Notes under the pieces: model-generated
What the model was told of the DNA's origin: nothing
The model's input: only the letters and a program-made list of their open reading frames with translations
Database searches by the model: none
Source of the DNA: an uncultured Thermoplasmata archaeon
GTDB lineage: Archaea > Thermoplasmatota > Thermoplasmata > UBA10834
Assembly (NCBI GenBank): GCA_963719945.1
Contig: CAVRDX010000004.1
Coordinates: 96,001-160,000 of the forward strand
Direction of reading: 5' to 3'
DNA: 64,000 nt
Shown: positions 30,727 through 39,961 of the stretch, one piece after another
Numbering within the stretch: the stretch's first letter is position 1
Layout: each line of letters begins with the position of its first letter
Made by a program: the position numbers and the translations under genes

Positions 30727-30788
30727 TGCCACGATGACGAAAGAATTCCTGCTGACATAATGATGAAAGACGGGCGATCGGAGTGGCA
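30727..30788 (+). ncRNA. Box C/D 2'-O-methylation guide sRNA; predicted D-guide target 16S rRNA C1402 (E. coli numbering)
   Basis: Terminal stem TGCCAC/GTGGCA; C ATGACGA (30734-40); guide AAGAATTCCTG; D' CTGA (30752-55); C' ATGATGA (30760-66); guide AAGACGGGCGAT; D CGGA (30779-82). TATA-like CTTAAA at 30700-30705. Confidence 0.85.
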
Positions 30789-30834
30789 GAGCTGGGCATC
30801 ATGAGATGCCCATGTTCGGGAATCGGAAAACGGG

Positions 30835-31281
30835 ATGGAAGGTTGCATGGTCACAGGATTTGACTACCTGAGCCACGACTCTGCTTTGCGAGAGCACTGG
30901 CTGAAACGCTTCATAGCCATTGTGATAGATTTCGCCATAGTCTACACACCCATATGGATCATCTGGGTGGCTCTCGGCCTGCCGATGCTATTTCCAGGCT
31001 ACTTCGCTGGTGTCGCGCTGTTCGCATATTCATTCCTCTTCGAATCCACGATCGGAGGGACTGTCGGAAAGATTATAGTCCACATGAAGGCGGTCCCTAT
31101 CCACGGGTCCATGTCCCCGTCTCAGGCACTGATAAGGAACTTCACCAAAGTGTTCCCGGTATTCCTCATCCTCGATTGGATCATCGGGATGGCGGTCGAC
31201 ACGAATGACCCGAGACAGAAATGGACGGACCATGTAGCGCACACGGCGGTCATAGTCTTCGACCATCCGAGAGCGCCTTGA
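30835..31281 (+). CDS. RDD-family membrane protein
   Basis: WLKRFIAIVID, GTVGK, ALIRN, QKWTDHVAHT. Confidence 0.85.
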   Translation: MEGCMVTGFDYLSHDSALREHWLKRFIAIVIDFAIVYTPIWIIWVALGLPMLFPGYFAGVALFAYSFLFESTIGGTVGKIIVHMKAVPIHGSMSPSQALIRNFTKVFPVFLILDWIIGMAVDTNDPRQKWTDHVAHTAVIVFDHPRAP

Positions 31282-31285
31282 GCAA

Positions 31286-31525
31286 CTATTCGGCAAGGCT
31301 CCAAAGCCAGCCCCTCTTCTCGTGAGATACTTCCCCGCGTATCAATCCCTTGCTGCGCATCTTCGCAAGGAATATCACAGTCTGGTCAGGGCACCTCTTC
31401 TTCTGATCGGCCGCGAGTGTCTCGATCTCCATGGTCATCAACGGTCCATTGGAGCGCAAGAGTGAGATAATGAATGACTCCGCATCGGAGGGGGTCATAG
31501 CAACGGTCGAATCGCCGGGATCCAT
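31286..31525 (-). CDS. Small winged-helix-like protein
   Basis: LLRSNGPLMTMEI..LAKMRSKGLIRGE..GWLWSL. Start trimmed to ATG 31525 after GAGG. Confidence 0.6.
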   Translation of the reverse strand: MDPGDSTVAMTPSDAESFIISLLRSNGPLMTMEIETLAADQKKRCPDQTVIFLAKMRSKGLIRGEVSHEKRGWLWSLAE

Positions 31526-31662
31526 TGGACCCCTCATGCGTGTGGCGGTTAATCCCAATTGCCATGTGGGTTGAGTGGCGAGACGTGCAGGATGATGAAG
31601 AACAAGAGAAATATTAGAAAAGGAAGGGGTTTGTCTCAAACCGACCCGCTCAACGGTTTCGT

Positions 31663-32178
31663 CTAACCGGTGAATGATGTGTGGGTCATTTCGCTCGATG
31701 TTGGCGAGTACATCAAGGTCACCGTGTAGGTGCTTGTGCTCGTGAACGAACCTGCGGTCATGGTGAGTGAGTCACCATAGTTCGCATATCCGTTACCTGC
31801 CAGATCGGTTATGTTCAGCCAGACTACGAGAGTTCCAAGAGTCTTGGATGCGTAGTTGTGCTTGATAACCTCTCCGCCATCGAGATCTTCGGTAGTGATG
31901 TTAATCCAGTTCACGTTGTTCGATCCATCGGTCAACAGAACGCTAACGTCACTCCAGAGAGTATCTATGCTCACAGCTGCCAAAGACAACTTGACCCCAT
32001 TGGGGACGGTAGACTTTGTCAACTGAGTGGTCGGTGTTTGCTGGCTAGTACCTCCGAATCCCAGTACCATCACGTACAAGACGGCTGCTAGGACGACGGT
32101 GATTGCGACCATCAGAATGGTAGCAATGACCGGAGACACTGCTTCGGCATCCTTGCGGATTGCCCAAATTCGCTTCAT
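31663..32178 (-). CDS. Archaeal type IV pilin (class III signal peptide, DUF1628-like)
   Basis: KDAEA/VSPVIATILMVAITVVLAAVLY. GGAGG RBS; BRE-TATA GAAAGCTATATAAA at ~32249-32235. Confidence 0.9.
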   Translation of the reverse strand: MKRIWAIRKDAEAVSPVIATILMVAITVVLAAVLYVMVLGFGGTSQQTPTTQLTKSTVPNGVKLSLAAVSIDTLWSDVSVLLTDGSNNVNWINITTEDLDGGEVIKHNYASKTLGTLVVWLNITDLAGNGYANYGDSLTMTAGSFTSTSTYTVTLMYSPTSSEMTHTSFTG

Positions 32179-32440
32179 GTTATGTCCTCCTGCGAACCTT
32201 TCGGCTCGCTTGAGTGTATTAACCGCCGAGTAGGGTTTATATAGCTTTCCGACTGGTTATCATCCTCGAGCGTTCATGACTTCGCTCAATGCCGAAGTTG
32301 AACATCTGGCTATGTCGCAAAATCATGTGTCTAAAGAAGACTATGTCTTCTTATTACAGTAATATCATTTAAATAACGTCGCTTTTTGCCGAAATGTCGC
32401 CATATACATAACATCGTTACGGATTCAAGACATGCGATTC

Positions 32441-33166
32441 TCAACAGGTTCGGATACCCGTTTGGTCGAACGCACACGGCAGGATCCCCACAAGACCTGG
32501 CCTGTTTCGGACCTTCTGCACGACGATGTACTTCTTGAACTCCTGCCCGATCTTCTCCCGGTCTAGTTCGAATATCACGTCTGCGAGGTCCTCGATGCTG
32601 CTCTGTATGCGGGACTCGTGAACGCCTTTGAGCATCGTCATCAACGTGACGCTTTCCGAGTGCTGCGTGTGTGCCTTTATCGTGCGCATAGCCATGAGCA
32701 CCTCCGAACTGTCATAGTTCTCCAGGAAGAAATCGAGTGAGTTGATGACCACTCTGAAAGGCGGGGTGATCTTGGATATCTCATACGCAAGGAATGTCAG
32801 GAAGTTCTCCTCCTTGCCAGCGTTCTTGTCGCGAATCAGCTGGATATCCTCGAGCGTTATGCCTTCCTGCCTGAATTTGCTGATCTCCAGTTTCTTTGCG
32901 AGCACGTTCTCGTAGTACTTTGTACCGATATTGACTATGTTGATATCCGTTCTCCACTCGTGCTCGCGCATTATGTTCATAACGTCTTCGTCTCTCTCCG
33001 TCGACGTGAAGTAGGTCACTGGCTCCTCTCCGGAGGACGCGAACTGCTTTGCGAAGAATTCCGCTCCCGAGCCAGGGTTCCCTACGACCAGGACGGTCGA
33101 TCCCTTCTGGACGCCTCCGCCCAGGTGGTCATTGAGGGCGGGTATTCCCATGCTCGTGAGGTTCAT
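32441..33166 (-). CDS. KaiC-like ATPase with a degenerate Walker A
   Basis: MGIPALNDHLGGG, GNPGSGAE (no Lys/Thr), VVINS, LADVIFEL, QKVR. Confidence 0.82.
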   Translation of the reverse strand: MNLTSMGIPALNDHLGGGVQKGSTVLVVGNPGSGAEFFAKQFASSGEEPVTYFTSTERDEDVMNIMREHEWRTDINIVNIGTKYYENVLAKKLEISKFRQEGITLEDIQLIRDKNAGKEENFLTFLAYEISKITPPFRVVINSLDFFLENYDSSEVLMAMRTIKAHTQHSESVTLMTMLKGVHESRIQSSIEDLADVIFELDREKIGQEFKKYIVVQKVRNRPGLVGILPCAFDQTGIRTC

Positions 33167-33167
33167 C

Positions 33168-33758
33168 TCATTCCTCCTGCTTGCCGACTCGTATGCCCTG
33201 GTCGCAAACCAGGTTCACCAGGTTGACAATCTCAGGCGTTGAATGTTCTTCGACGGACAGGATGATCGTATATGCATCCTTCACCCTGAGTCCGGAAACC
33301 AATATGTGAAGGAACTCAGAGAGGATCCAATTGTTGTTGTGGATCGAGAGGGAGTTGATCGAATCGAGCACGACCAGCTTGTTCTTCGATTGAGACATCC
33401 GTATCAGATATTCGACCTTCAACATGATGTTCTCGAGCATCGTAGGGCTCTCGACCAGGGATGCGTGATCGTCCTTCTGCGCAGCCGAGGTCCCCATCAT
33501 TATGTGCGATATGCAGTCGACGAAGTATATGCGAGAGGTATCGATGTCGAGCGCGTCCAATACGCGTTTTATTGCCTCGAACGAGATCGTCGCCGTGACG
33601 TATATCGTATCCATGTCCTTCTTCTTGGCGAAGATGTCGAGCACTCCGCGCATGACCTCGAGATAGCTGTCGACGCTCATTTGCAGCGAGACTGCTGACC
33701 CTGGGGAGAGTTCGGACAGTTGCGCGGCTATCCCCTGTGGGGTATTAGCGTCACTCAT
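33168..33758 (-). CDS. Inactive KaiC/RecA-fold accessory protein
   Basis: IYVT, IYFVDCIS, SPTMLENI, LVVLDSINSLSIHN, LVCD. No Walker A. Confidence 0.7.
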   Translation of the reverse strand: MSDANTPQGIAAQLSELSPGSAVSLQMSVDSYLEVMRGVLDIFAKKKDMDTIYVTATISFEAIKRVLDALDIDTSRIYFVDCISHIMMGTSAAQKDDHASLVESPTMLENIMLKVEYLIRMSQSKNKLVVLDSINSLSIHNNNWILSEFLHILVSGLRVKDAYTIILSVEEHSTPEIVNLVNLVCDQGIRVGKQEE

Positions 33759-34510
33759 GTTCCAGCACTACCTCCTTTCAAGAGCGGCACGAGAAGCACC
33801 CCGACCGGCGTAAGATCCAGCACGTACTTCGCTCGGCTATGCATGGTCCCACGCATCTTGATCACCTGCAACGTGCGCAGGAGGTCACCTCTCCGCTCCA
33901 TATTCGCCATGAGCATGATGCCGTCGGCGATGGCTTCTTCGACGCCGAACGTGGAATATACATTAGAATGAGCGGCCACCTCGCTAACGAGTATCGATGT
34001 GCACTCAAGATCCGATAGCGTCTTGCTCAATTTGAGAACGAAATCACGTATCTTCTCCGGCGTCTTGAGCTTGTAACATATAGAAGTGATGGAATCTATG
34101 ACCAAACGCTTGGTCTTCAGCTCCCTGACCAGGCTGCTTATCGACGCGACGAGGAGGTCGATCTCCTCCATCGACAGTTCCGCCTTCGTCATGCCGAGCC
34201 GCTCATACATTGCGGGTAGGTCCACGAAGACCAGCTTACCGGATTTCAACAGGTTCCTATCAAAGAATCTGTATGGTATGATGTTCGCCAGAAGCTTCTC
34301 GGAGTTCTCCGTGACAGATAAGAACAACGAATTCTCGTTGTTCAGAGCGCCGTGAATGAGAAACTCAAGTGCGAGAGATGTCTTGCCAGTACCGCAGCTA
34401 CCCGTGAGAAGGACCGTGTTGTCTCGGGGTATGCCACCATACAACACGGTGTCAAGGCCGTCGATTCCAGTCACGCAGCGGACGCGATCACCAGTTCTCG
34501 GCTCCATCAT
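33755..34510 (-). CDS. KaiC-like ATPase
   Basis: TGIDGLD..GGIP, GSCGTGKT, SVTE, RLVIDS, EEAIADG, VIKMRGT. Confidence 0.9.
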   Translation of the reverse strand: MMEPRTGDRVRCVTGIDGLDTVLYGGIPRDNTVLLTGSCGTGKTSLALEFLIHGALNNENSLFLSVTENSEKLLANIIPYRFFDRNLLKSGKLVFVDLPAMYERLGMTKAELSMEEIDLLVASISSLVRELKTKRLVIDSITSICYKLKTPEKIRDFVLKLSKTLSDLECTSILVSEVAAHSNVYSTFGVEEAIADGIMLMANMERRGDLLRTLQVIKMRGTMHSRAKYVLDLTPVGVLLVPLLKGGSAGT

Positions 34511-34619
34511 TCCTTATGAATACCGTGGTTCGCATATTATTGTTTCTTATGCGCGGGCACGTGCACATTGTTGGGTGATGCGACACTTTTTTATCGAGGC
34601 AGGTGAGTCATTCATCTTG

Positions 34620-35912
34620 ATGAAACCTGTACTTCAGGTCGCACTCGACCTTGTCCAAGGCGAGAGGGGCCTTGAGATCGCGAAGGAAGCAGTCAGTGGG
34701 GGTGTCGACTGGATAGAGGCGGGCACTCCGCTGATCAAGAGCGAGGGAGTGGAAATCATAAGAAAGCTCAAGAAGAGCTTTCCTTCAAATACTATAGTCG
34801 CCGACATGAAGACCATCGATGTCGGTGGAGCTGAGGTCGAGATAGCTGCGAAGTCAGGTGCTGACGTGGTGGTCATACTAGGGCTGTCTTCTGATCCCAC
34901 GATAACCGAGGCGGTTCTCAGCGCCAGGCAATATGGCGCGAAGATCATGGTCGACCTGTTCAACGTCAAGGATAAAGCCGCGAGGGCCAAGAGGGTCGAG
35001 GAGATGGGTGTCGATTATGTCTGCGTCCATGTTGGGGTGGACGAGCAGATGGTCGGAGGTTCTCCCCTTGGCGAACTCAAGAGCGTCGTTGAAGCGGTCA
35101 GGATCCCAGTTGCTGCCGCAGGTGGCATCAACAGCGAGACCGCACCTGATGTGGTGAACGCTGGTGCGATGATCGTCATCGTAGGCGGCGCCATAATCAA
35201 AGCGATGGATGTATCATCTGCGGCGAAGGCGGTCAAGGATGCAATGGTATCTGGCGAGAAGAAGATGTCCGAACTGTTCAGGAAATACTCCGCGGATGAG
35301 CTCTTCGAAGCTTTCTCGAAAGTATCGTCACCCAATGTGACCGATGCCCAACACAAGAGAGGCGCCATGAAGGGTATACTCCCCCGGATAGCTCACAACG
35401 TGAAGATGGTCGGGCGTGCCGTCACAGTCCAGACATTCAACGGAGACTGGGCGAAATCCGTGGAAGCTGTCGACCGCGCGTCCGAAGGCGATGTGATTGT
35501 GGTTGATGCCTGTGGCGGCGACATCGCGGTCTGGGGAGAACTGGCTTCGTGGAGCTGTAAAACGAAAGGACTCGCAGGCGTGGTCATCGATGGCGCCACG
35601 AGGGATGTCGACGCGATAATCGAAATGGGATTCCCCTGTTTCTCAAGACATATCTCTTCCAACGCCGGGGAGCCAAAGGGATATGGTGGCATAGGCCAGG
35701 AGATCGTGTGCGGCGGGATCACCGTCCGCACTGGCGATTGGGTGATCGGTGACGAGAGCGGCGTGGTCGTGGTTCCGCAGGAGAACGCCGTCGAGGTGGC
35801 GAACCGGGCATTGGATGTCATGGAGAGGGAGAACCGCGTTCGAGAGGAGATTAAGCGAGGCGGAACCCTCTCAAGTGTTCTTAAGCTGGAGAAATGGGAA
35901 AAGGTTGGTTGA
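34620..35912 (+). CDS. Bifunctional 3-hexulose-6-phosphate synthase / RraA-like (HMG aldolase-like) protein
   Basis: LQVALD, IEAGTPLIKSEG, ADMKTID, HVGVDEQ, AGGIN, followed by SSPNVTDA, AVWGEL, VIDGATRD, GDESGVV. Start at ATG 34620. Confidence 0.9.
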   Translation: MKPVLQVALDLVQGERGLEIAKEAVSGGVDWIEAGTPLIKSEGVEIIRKLKKSFPSNTIVADMKTIDVGGAEVEIAAKSGADVVVILGLSSDPTITEAVLSARQYGAKIMVDLFNVKDKAARAKRVEEMGVDYVCVHVGVDEQMVGGSPLGELKSVVEAVRIPVAAAGGINSETAPDVVNAGAMIVIVGGAIIKAMDVSSAAKAVKDAMVSGEKKMSELFRKYSADELFEAFSKVSSPNVTDAQHKRGAMKGILPRIAHNVKMVGRAVTVQTFNGDWAKSVEAVDRASEGDVIVVDACGGDIAVWGELASWSCKTKGLAGVVIDGATRDVDAIIEMGFPCFSRHISSNAGEPKGYGGIGQEIVCGGITVRTGDWVIGDESGVVVVPQENAVEVANRALDVMERENRVREEIKRGGTLSSVLKLEKWEKVG

Positions 35913-35924
35913 AGGTGTTTCTGA

Positions 35925-36800
35925 TCAGCCTATGAAGCCCGTCTCATCTGCGAGTTCGCGGAGACGCTTTATCCTCACACTCATCGGCGGGTGTGTCATG
36001 AATAACGAGATCATCATTCCGCCACCTCTGAAAGGGTTCACGATGAACAGCGAGGACGTTGCCGGGTTCCCACGCTGCATCGGCTTGCGCATGTTGCCCT
36101 TCTCGAGTTTATCGAGGGCGCGTGCGAGGGCGAGAGGGCGCTGGATCATCAATGCTCCTTCGCGGTCGGCCTTGTACTCCCTGTTACGAGATATGGCCAG
36201 CTGAATCAACATGGCCGCAATCGGGGCGGTCACGGCGACCACAAGCAGCAGAATCATGTTTCCGTTCCCCCTCCTGCCACCGAACATCGAGTTCCACAAG
36301 ACCATCCGAGCCGCGAATGATATGGCACCCGCGATAGTTGCAGCGACAGACATGACCAATATGTCCCTGTTCTTGACATGGGCCATCTCATGCGCGAGCA
36401 CACCTTCGAGCTCGTCGTCGCTCAAGAGCACCATTATCCCCTCAGTGGCCGCGACCACGGCATTCTTCTTGTTGCGGCCGGTCGCGAAGGCGTTCGGGTT
36501 CTGTGTCGGGACTATGGCGATCCTGGGCATCGGCAGATCGGCCTTGAGGCAGATGCCTCTGACCAGTTTGTGAAGTCTCGGTGCCTCCGCTTCGGAGACG
36601 ATCTTCGCACGGTATGACCATAATACTATCTTATCGCTCAGGAAATAGGATATGACATTCATGATAGCGGCGAGCCCGAGAAACAGCACTGCGCCGAGAA
36701 TCCAGTCATCCATGAAGTAGCCGCCCAACACGTAGCCGATGCCCATGAAGAGCAACATCAGCACCATGAAGAGCCCCATCGTTCGCAAATTGGCGTTCAT
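35925..36800 (-). CDS. htpX: Zinc metalloprotease HtpX
   Basis: PNAFATGR, AHEMAH, SRNREYKAD, THPP. Confidence 0.95.
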   Translation of the reverse strand: MNANLRTMGLFMVLMLLFMGIGYVLGGYFMDDWILGAVLFLGLAAIMNVISYFLSDKIVLWSYRAKIVSEAEAPRLHKLVRGICLKADLPMPRIAIVPTQNPNAFATGRNKKNAVVAATEGIMVLLSDDELEGVLAHEMAHVKNRDILVMSVAATIAGAISFAARMVLWNSMFGGRRGNGNMILLLVVAVTAPIAAMLIQLAISRNREYKADREGALMIQRPLALARALDKLEKGNMRKPMQRGNPATSSLFIVNPFRGGGMMISLFMTHPPMSVRIKRLRELADETGFIG

Positions 36801-37028
36801 TCTCTACCTCACCCCAGTATAGATATTAGCAGTTCCATGCTTTGAGGGCAATCACACAAGGGGCAGATAAGAATGTTTCGACGTGAAGCCATCCGATTTC
36901 GACGAAAATGATACTCTGACTCGACCATTTTGGGTTGTTGATACGTATATATTTATTGGGAATGACAGCTTTCCACCAAAGGTGGCCAAGGCCACCTAGT
37001 AACCGATCATCACCTGAAAGGTGTTATA

Positions 37029-38492
37029 ATGGATACTTCGAACGATGAACTTGAGAGGAGAATGTACAGCCATGATCTCGCCCCACTCCCGAAGGAGATG
37101 GATGTGATATTCAAGACCATGCCGGATCAGGTAGTAAGACCGGGCTACACGGAAGAAGTTGTCCAGATGGTCAAGAAGGCCATCGCGACGAGGAAACCGA
37201 TCGTGCCTAGGGGAGCTGGAACCTGGGGACTTGGCGGATCCGTGCCCGTCAAGGGTGGCATCGTCCTCGACATGACCGCCATGAACAAGATCATCTCAAT
37301 AGACGAGAAGAATCTCGTCGTCACCGTTCAGCCTGGCATCACCTGGAAGGCTCTGGCCGATTCTCTGGACGAGAAGGGATTGTTCCTCCCTTGCTATCCA
37401 AGCAGCGCACCATCCGCGACAATAGGCGGATGGATTGGGACCGGAGGGACCGGTATAGGCGCGTACAAATACGGTAGCGCTGGAGATATCATCAGAGACC
37501 TCGAGGTGGTCCTTCCGACCGGTGCGGTCGTTCACACAGGAGATAAGTTCGTGTCATCCAACGGAGGCGGCCCGAATCTGAACTGGCTATTCGTTGGATC
37601 CGAAGGAATCCTCGGCGTTGTGACTGAAGTCACTCTGTCCATAGTACCCAAGCCAGCAGAGTTCAGAGTAGTCGCATATTCTTTCGAGAGCCTGTCCAAG
37701 TTCGCGCCTGCGATGAGGAAGGTCACGAGGACGAACGTCGCCCCCATGCACATCATGTTCGGCGACCGTGAGCATTTCGAGTATTTGAGAGCGGTCGGAA
37801 AGCACGCTCCAGATGTCGGCTGCATGATCACGATGGCACTGACTGGCTCGAAGGAATCGGTCGATGTCGAGGAGAAGACGCTCGATGAGATAATGGCCTC
37901 ATCCGAAGGTACCAAGATGCCGAAGGACGTGGCAGATCACGAATGGTCAGAGAGGAGCTATGAGTTCAGGGTAAGGGAGATGGGTGTCGGCGCGATACCT
38001 GGAGAGATACTGATCCCCATCGAGAACTTCGAAAAGGTCCTGTCGAAGATGCAGAAGCTCGTGAAAGAGATGAAGCTCAAGGCACCGACCATAGGCACCA
38101 TCGCGGACAACAACACCGTCATGTTGATGCCCTACTACCTCACGGATGAGCACAACTTCCTGCGCTCGACTGCAGCAATGGGCTTTGGCAAGAAGCTCGG
38201 CGACATTGCATTCGAGAACGGAGGAAGACCTGTGGGCCTGGGCATATTCTTCGCGGGCAACCTTGCCAAATACCGTGGCAAGGAGGGCGCTGAGCTGATA
38301 AGGTCGATCAAGGCCATGATGGATCCGAACGACATAATGAACCCAGGGAAGCTGGTCGAGACGGGAACCAGATATGGCATATCCCTTCCTGCATTCATGA
38401 TGAACTTCGGGATGAACATGATGGCAGGAATGAAGCGGCTCATGCCAAGGGACAAGGTAGGAGAGAGAGAAATCGCGAAACTGAAGAAGTAG
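37029..38492 (+). CDS. FAD-linked oxidoreductase (GlcD/D-lactate dehydrogenase family)
   Basis: PRGAGT..GGSVP, VQPG, ATIGG, GSEGILGVVTE, DPNDIMNPGK. Confidence 0.88.
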   Translation: MDTSNDELERRMYSHDLAPLPKEMDVIFKTMPDQVVRPGYTEEVVQMVKKAIATRKPIVPRGAGTWGLGGSVPVKGGIVLDMTAMNKIISIDEKNLVVTVQPGITWKALADSLDEKGLFLPCYPSSAPSATIGGWIGTGGTGIGAYKYGSAGDIIRDLEVVLPTGAVVHTGDKFVSSNGGGPNLNWLFVGSEGILGVVTEVTLSIVPKPAEFRVVAYSFESLSKFAPAMRKVTRTNVAPMHIMFGDREHFEYLRAVGKHAPDVGCMITMALTGSKESVDVEEKTLDEIMASSEGTKMPKDVADHEWSERSYEFRVREMGVGAIPGEILIPIENFEKVLSKMQKLVKEMKLKAPTIGTIADNNTVMLMPYYLTDEHNFLRSTAAMGFGKKLGDIAFENGGRPVGLGIFFAGNLAKYRGKEGAELIRSIKAMMDPNDIMNPGKLVETGTRYGISLPAFMMNFGMNMMAGMKRLMPRDKVGEREIAKLKK

Positions 38493-38521
38493 GCGCACCC
38501 AGCGCCTCCTCTCACACAATC

Positions 38522-39094
38522 TTACTTGGGCAGTCGTATTGATTTTCTGACATAGTGAGCTAGTACGAACCCGAGCGTCCCGCCGATTGCGACCTGTGGG
38601 ATGTTGATGGTGAGCAGTTCTGTGAGGGCAGCACCCTGGCCCATGTCGAGCAGGTATACTTCAGCCAGATAGTATATCGATACCATGCAGACACCGCCAC
38701 AGAAGATGCCCAGCACGGATGACCACTTCTTACCGCCATTCAACTTGGATATCAGGCCAGCCACACATCCCTCAACGCCCTTCGCAGTGAGCGTTATCGG
38801 GGCGAAGGCGCCGTAGCCGATTATCACGTCTGCGATTGCCGAGCCGACGCCACCGCATATCGCACCGGCCCTCCAGCCGAATACTAGGGCGGAGAAGAAC
38901 ACCATCGCTTCTCCGAGGTTGAAGTAACCTTTCGTAGGAGGAAACGGTATGACTGTGAGGATGGTCACCGCGGCTGTCAGTGCCGTGAGGACACCGTAGA
39001 CTGCAACTGTCTTCGGAGAAACGAAATTGGCCTTTGGCATTTCCTCTAGTGGCGGCTGGTTACCCGGTGGACCTTGAGGATTGTCTTCTGTCAT
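38522..39094 (-). CDS. ECF transporter S component
   Basis: GYFNLGEA, GSAIADV..G..FAPITL.AKG, NIPQ; about 6 TM helices. Confidence 0.88.
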   Translation of the reverse strand: MTEDNPQGPPGNQPPLEEMPKANFVSPKTVAVYGVLTALTAAVTILTVIPFPPTKGYFNLGEAMVFFSALVFGWRAGAICGGVGSAIADVIIGYGAFAPITLTAKGVEGCVAGLISKLNGGKKWSSVLGIFCGGVCMVSIYYLAEVYLLDMGQGAALTELLTINIPQVAIGGTLGFVLAHYVRKSIRLPK

Positions 39095-39172
39095 GCCGAA
39101 GACCGCAAGATGCGGCAAACTACATAAAGTCTGACAGGGCGATGGGGCGATTTGCGCACGCGATTTACGAAA

Positions 39173-39961
39173 TCAGAAGGCCACACCATAGACGATCTTC
39201 GCAACTGCAGGGATGGCAAAAATGAGTATCACGACGGCGAGTGTGACTATGTCCGAACGATTCATGCGTATCTCCCGCATGTATGTCCGGTCCTTTCGTG
39301 CACCATAGGCTCTTGACTGGAGAGACAGTGAGAGTGTCTCGGCGGTCTTCAACGCGTAGACTATCGCGGGGACCAGGACGGCGATATAGTTCTTGGATCT
39401 GCGGATGACGGAGCCCTTGTCGAACTCCAGCCCGCGTGCGCGCTGAGCATCTTTGATGGATTCGATTGTGAATCCGAAGGTCGGGATGAATCTCAGAGAT
39501 ATCGCGAGCGCAAGCCCATAGTCGTATCTCAAGCCCATCTTGACGAGGGCACGCACAAGGTCACGTTGAGTTGTAGTGAACATGAGTATGTACCAGACGG
39601 TCGCGAGACATCCGATCCGGATCGCAGATGTCAACCCCCTCCAGATTGCTGGTTCGGTTATCTTGATCGGGCCGAGTGTAGCCAATACCGGGAGCCCAGA
39701 TTGGTCAAAGAACGGCCAAAGGATGGTGATAAGAACCATCAATCGCAACACGAACTTCAACGCGAAGTACGCCTTGCTGAAGGTCGATCGGGTCAAGTAC
39801 AGCAACAGGATGATGAAGCAGAGCAGAGTGAACAAAGGGATCAGACTCGTCATGATGAGACCCAGCAGGCTGAGGAACAGGACTGCGAGTATCTTCACAC
39901 GAGGATCGAGCCTGTGGAGAAATGTGTCTCGGGCCGTGTAGAGATCGAACACACCTTTCAT
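39173..39961 (-). CDS. ecfT: ECF transporter T component
   Basis: LHRLDPRVK, LRFIP, AQRARG, QSRAY. Confidence 0.92.
   Translation of the reverse strand: MKGVFDLYTARDTFLHRLDPRVKILAVLFLSLLGLIMTSLIPLFTLLCFIILLLYLTRSTFSKAYFALKFVLRLMVLITILWPFFDQSGLPVLATLGPIKITEPAIWRGLTSAIRIGCLATVWYILMFTTTQRDLVRALVKMGLRYDYGLALAISLRFIPTFGFTIESIKDAQRARGLEFDKGSVIRRSKNYIAVLVPAIVYALKTAETLSLSLQSRAYGARKDRTYMREIRMNRSDIVTLAVVILIFAIPAVAKIVYGVAF

Noticed and set aside
31590-31630. ATGATGA C-box-like motif near the pilin 3' end
   Set aside because: No D boxes or terminal stem. The minus strand is a pyrimidine-rich, terminator-like tract.
34356-34619. ORF-track N-terminal extensions (also at 54110, 48812, 45755, 61558, 57758, 23214)
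   Set aside because: They overlap neighbouring genes, promoters or the origin. Downstream starts fit RBS position and family N-termini better.
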